This document shows, piece after piece, positions 61,999 to 64,000 of a stretch of 64,000 bases of DNA. The notes under the pieces were generated by a model. That model was given only the letters and a program-made list of their open reading frames with translations, had not been told where the DNA came from and did not search any database. The stretch spans positions 22,071,635-22,135,634 of the forward strand of contig NC_057720.1 in the NCBI RefSeq assembly GCF_004010195.1. Direction: 5' to 3'. Each line of letters opens with the position of its first letter. Within the stretch, counting starts at the first letter, position 1. The position numbers were made by a program, and so were the translations under genes. The stretch comes from Chiloscyllium plagiosum (taxonomy: Eukaryota).

Positions 61999-64000
61999 CT
62001 GTGTACCATGTGCCAATCGTTCGACACAGACTTGCAATTGTTCTTGTTAATCTCAGCTGAATCACTACAGGCATCCGGCTTAGGTTCAGTGCCTCTCCCC
62101 GAGGAGAGTGGGAACACCCATGATGAATTATCTCTTGTGTATTGTTTAATAGGTGCTTCAGAGAAGCCTCATTGAGTTTGAAACAACGTTGCTCACTTAC
62201 TTCTTCAGCTGTAGTTGCAGCATGACCAAGACTGAATGAAAGGTGAAAAATATCATGCTACTTCCGAGGGAGTGTGATCGAGAATGTCAAAGGACAAATC
62301 TTCATCTGCCTGCTCCATCAGCTGACACTGGCTTAAGGTGAAAGCACCAAGGATGCTGAAGAGGCATCGTGCAGTCACTCCGGTTATTCCATCCCTGTGA
62401 TCTAATGACATTTTCATTTTGATGAAATGAAATCCTTTCCCAATTCTTAAGGGCACAGTAGGAACATGGATATTGTCAATTACGCAATGAGGCTGAGCAT
62501 TTTAGGGAAGGCAGGTACTTGATTAAACTGAAAGTCCACTTATGATTCCTTTTAATGGAAGAAGTAACAGAGAGGTTGCATTTGTAAAGAAGACTCCTAA
62601 TGACTTGTGGAACAGGATTGAGGGTTTAAATGGCCTATTCCTGCTCTGATATTTTGTTGCTCGGCTGAAATCTGATTCTCACAAAAATGACCTGTGCTGG
62701 ATGTAGCATAATGCACCTTAGTGACTGCAATAAAACAATTTATCTTCAGATTTAGTTGTATTTTAATACATACTTTTTGACTAGAGCTATATAATATGTA
62801 TTATAATTTTGGGTTGGAGTTTTACAGTTGAATGTGGACAGTTTTGTGATGTTCATTTTTAAAAAAGATCAGAAAGTCAATTTGGAACAGTGACTTAAAT
62901 ACCTGTGTCTAGTTGAATGCATAGAAAAATAAATCCTTGTAATATCTTTGGATAAAATGTTTGTATTATTGGGCTTATGGCAGGCAAGGTAAATACATTA
63001 AGATAATTAGCATAATATTGACTTAAGAACAGAAATTTCAAAGTCCAGTTCCGACAGACGTAAAGTTAAATTTAAATGGTTTCCTCCCAGCAGTAGATTC
63101 AGGTTCAATTCAGGGAATTGAGAAAAACTCAGCAAAAGTGAGTTTTCCTTTATGTTGCTTTTGACTCAGAAAACATGACTATGAATCTTCAATTGATCGA
63201 ACTGAGAAAGCTTAGGCCAATCACATTCGGAGAGGTATGTGCCAGCAGACTTGGAATGAATAGCAAAATTGTCTCCATACTTCAAGAAAAAGAAACAGGA
63301 AAATGTCAATTAAGATTTAAAAACTTAAGATAGGAGTAAAATTTCCTTGAGGTTGAATTTGTGTCATTTACGATGTCGGGAAACAGATTAAAACTGTCTT
63401 CTCTGTATATAGCTTTGCTTGTTTATTTCTTTTTTGATATTATAAACTGATAGAGATGCAGTTTTGTGTGAATATGCTTCAGGGACTAACCACCATTTTA
63501 ACCAACTGCTAGAAACTAAACATAATGATCCATCAAGCCATCTTTCATTCTGGAATCTGACTTGTCCAGTATTTGTATCAGCTAGGAACTCAATAGTTTT
63601 ATTTGACAAAAAACAAACTCTGATCTTCGACCTCTCCCCCCAATCTCACATGTATGGGCGGGGGGAAGTGCTGAGGCAAGCATTTATTATTAGCTTGTCT
63701 TTCCTTTGTTTCCTTTTAATTTCCCAAAACAAAGGTTCATATATCCTCATAAGGCTGATATAAGAAGGCCAATTACACAATCCAGGGTCTGCCATACAGA
63801 GAGCTAATACATCAGACTCTGGCTACCATGGTGATATTTCTACACCAATAAGCAAATACATTTATAGTTTTCTTTTTAGTATGTACTATAAATAAAATTT
63901 ATGTATAGTTTCAAGACATTTCTGATTTTTCTTTGTCATATACAGTTTTCAAACTTCACTGCAATACAGTTATAAGGAAATAATTGGATAGAAAATATAG

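Noticed and set aside
43504..64000. DPYD exon 20 (VCSAIQNQDF...HQKGKP)
   Set aside because: Searched by eye on the minus strand and not found; presumably beyond the window.

Overview
Vertebrate genomic DNA, very probably a shark (elasmobranch HE1/V-SINEs, Deu-domain SINE, dense CR1-type LINEs). The only host gene I can support is the 3' end of DPYD (dihydropyrimidine dehydrogenase) on the minus strand. It has three exons, matching human exons 21 (43360-43503), 22 (31944-32084) and 23 (8997-9155), with canonical AG/GT sites and both C-terminal 4Fe-4S cysteine motifs. The upstream exon was not found. Roughly half the window is transposable-element remnants: nested CR1 LINEs, a second CR1/L2-group LINE with a tail-sharing SINE, an RTE/BovB-like remnant, solo LTRs and pogo/Tigger-like MITEs. 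There is also a 733-N assembly gap. Most ORFs in the track are TE fragments or noise. Two signals stand out. (1) About 17 short Penelope-like-element 3'-end insertions fall into three families; most carry a minimal hammerhead-ribozyme core (CTGANGA-A-stem II-GAAA-NN-T-H, often decayed) with a family-specific stem II. Many are fold-back hairpins flanked by 13-15 bp target-site duplications. (2) The DPYD frame stops at a TGA that is followed in frame by CAA GTT TGT TGA (Q-V-C-stop). This mirrors the human C-terminus (...SVNPVC) and suggests a recent nonsense change, read-through or an assembly error. All homology calls come from recognising sequence, not from database searches, and TE boundaries are approximate unless a TSD is cited.
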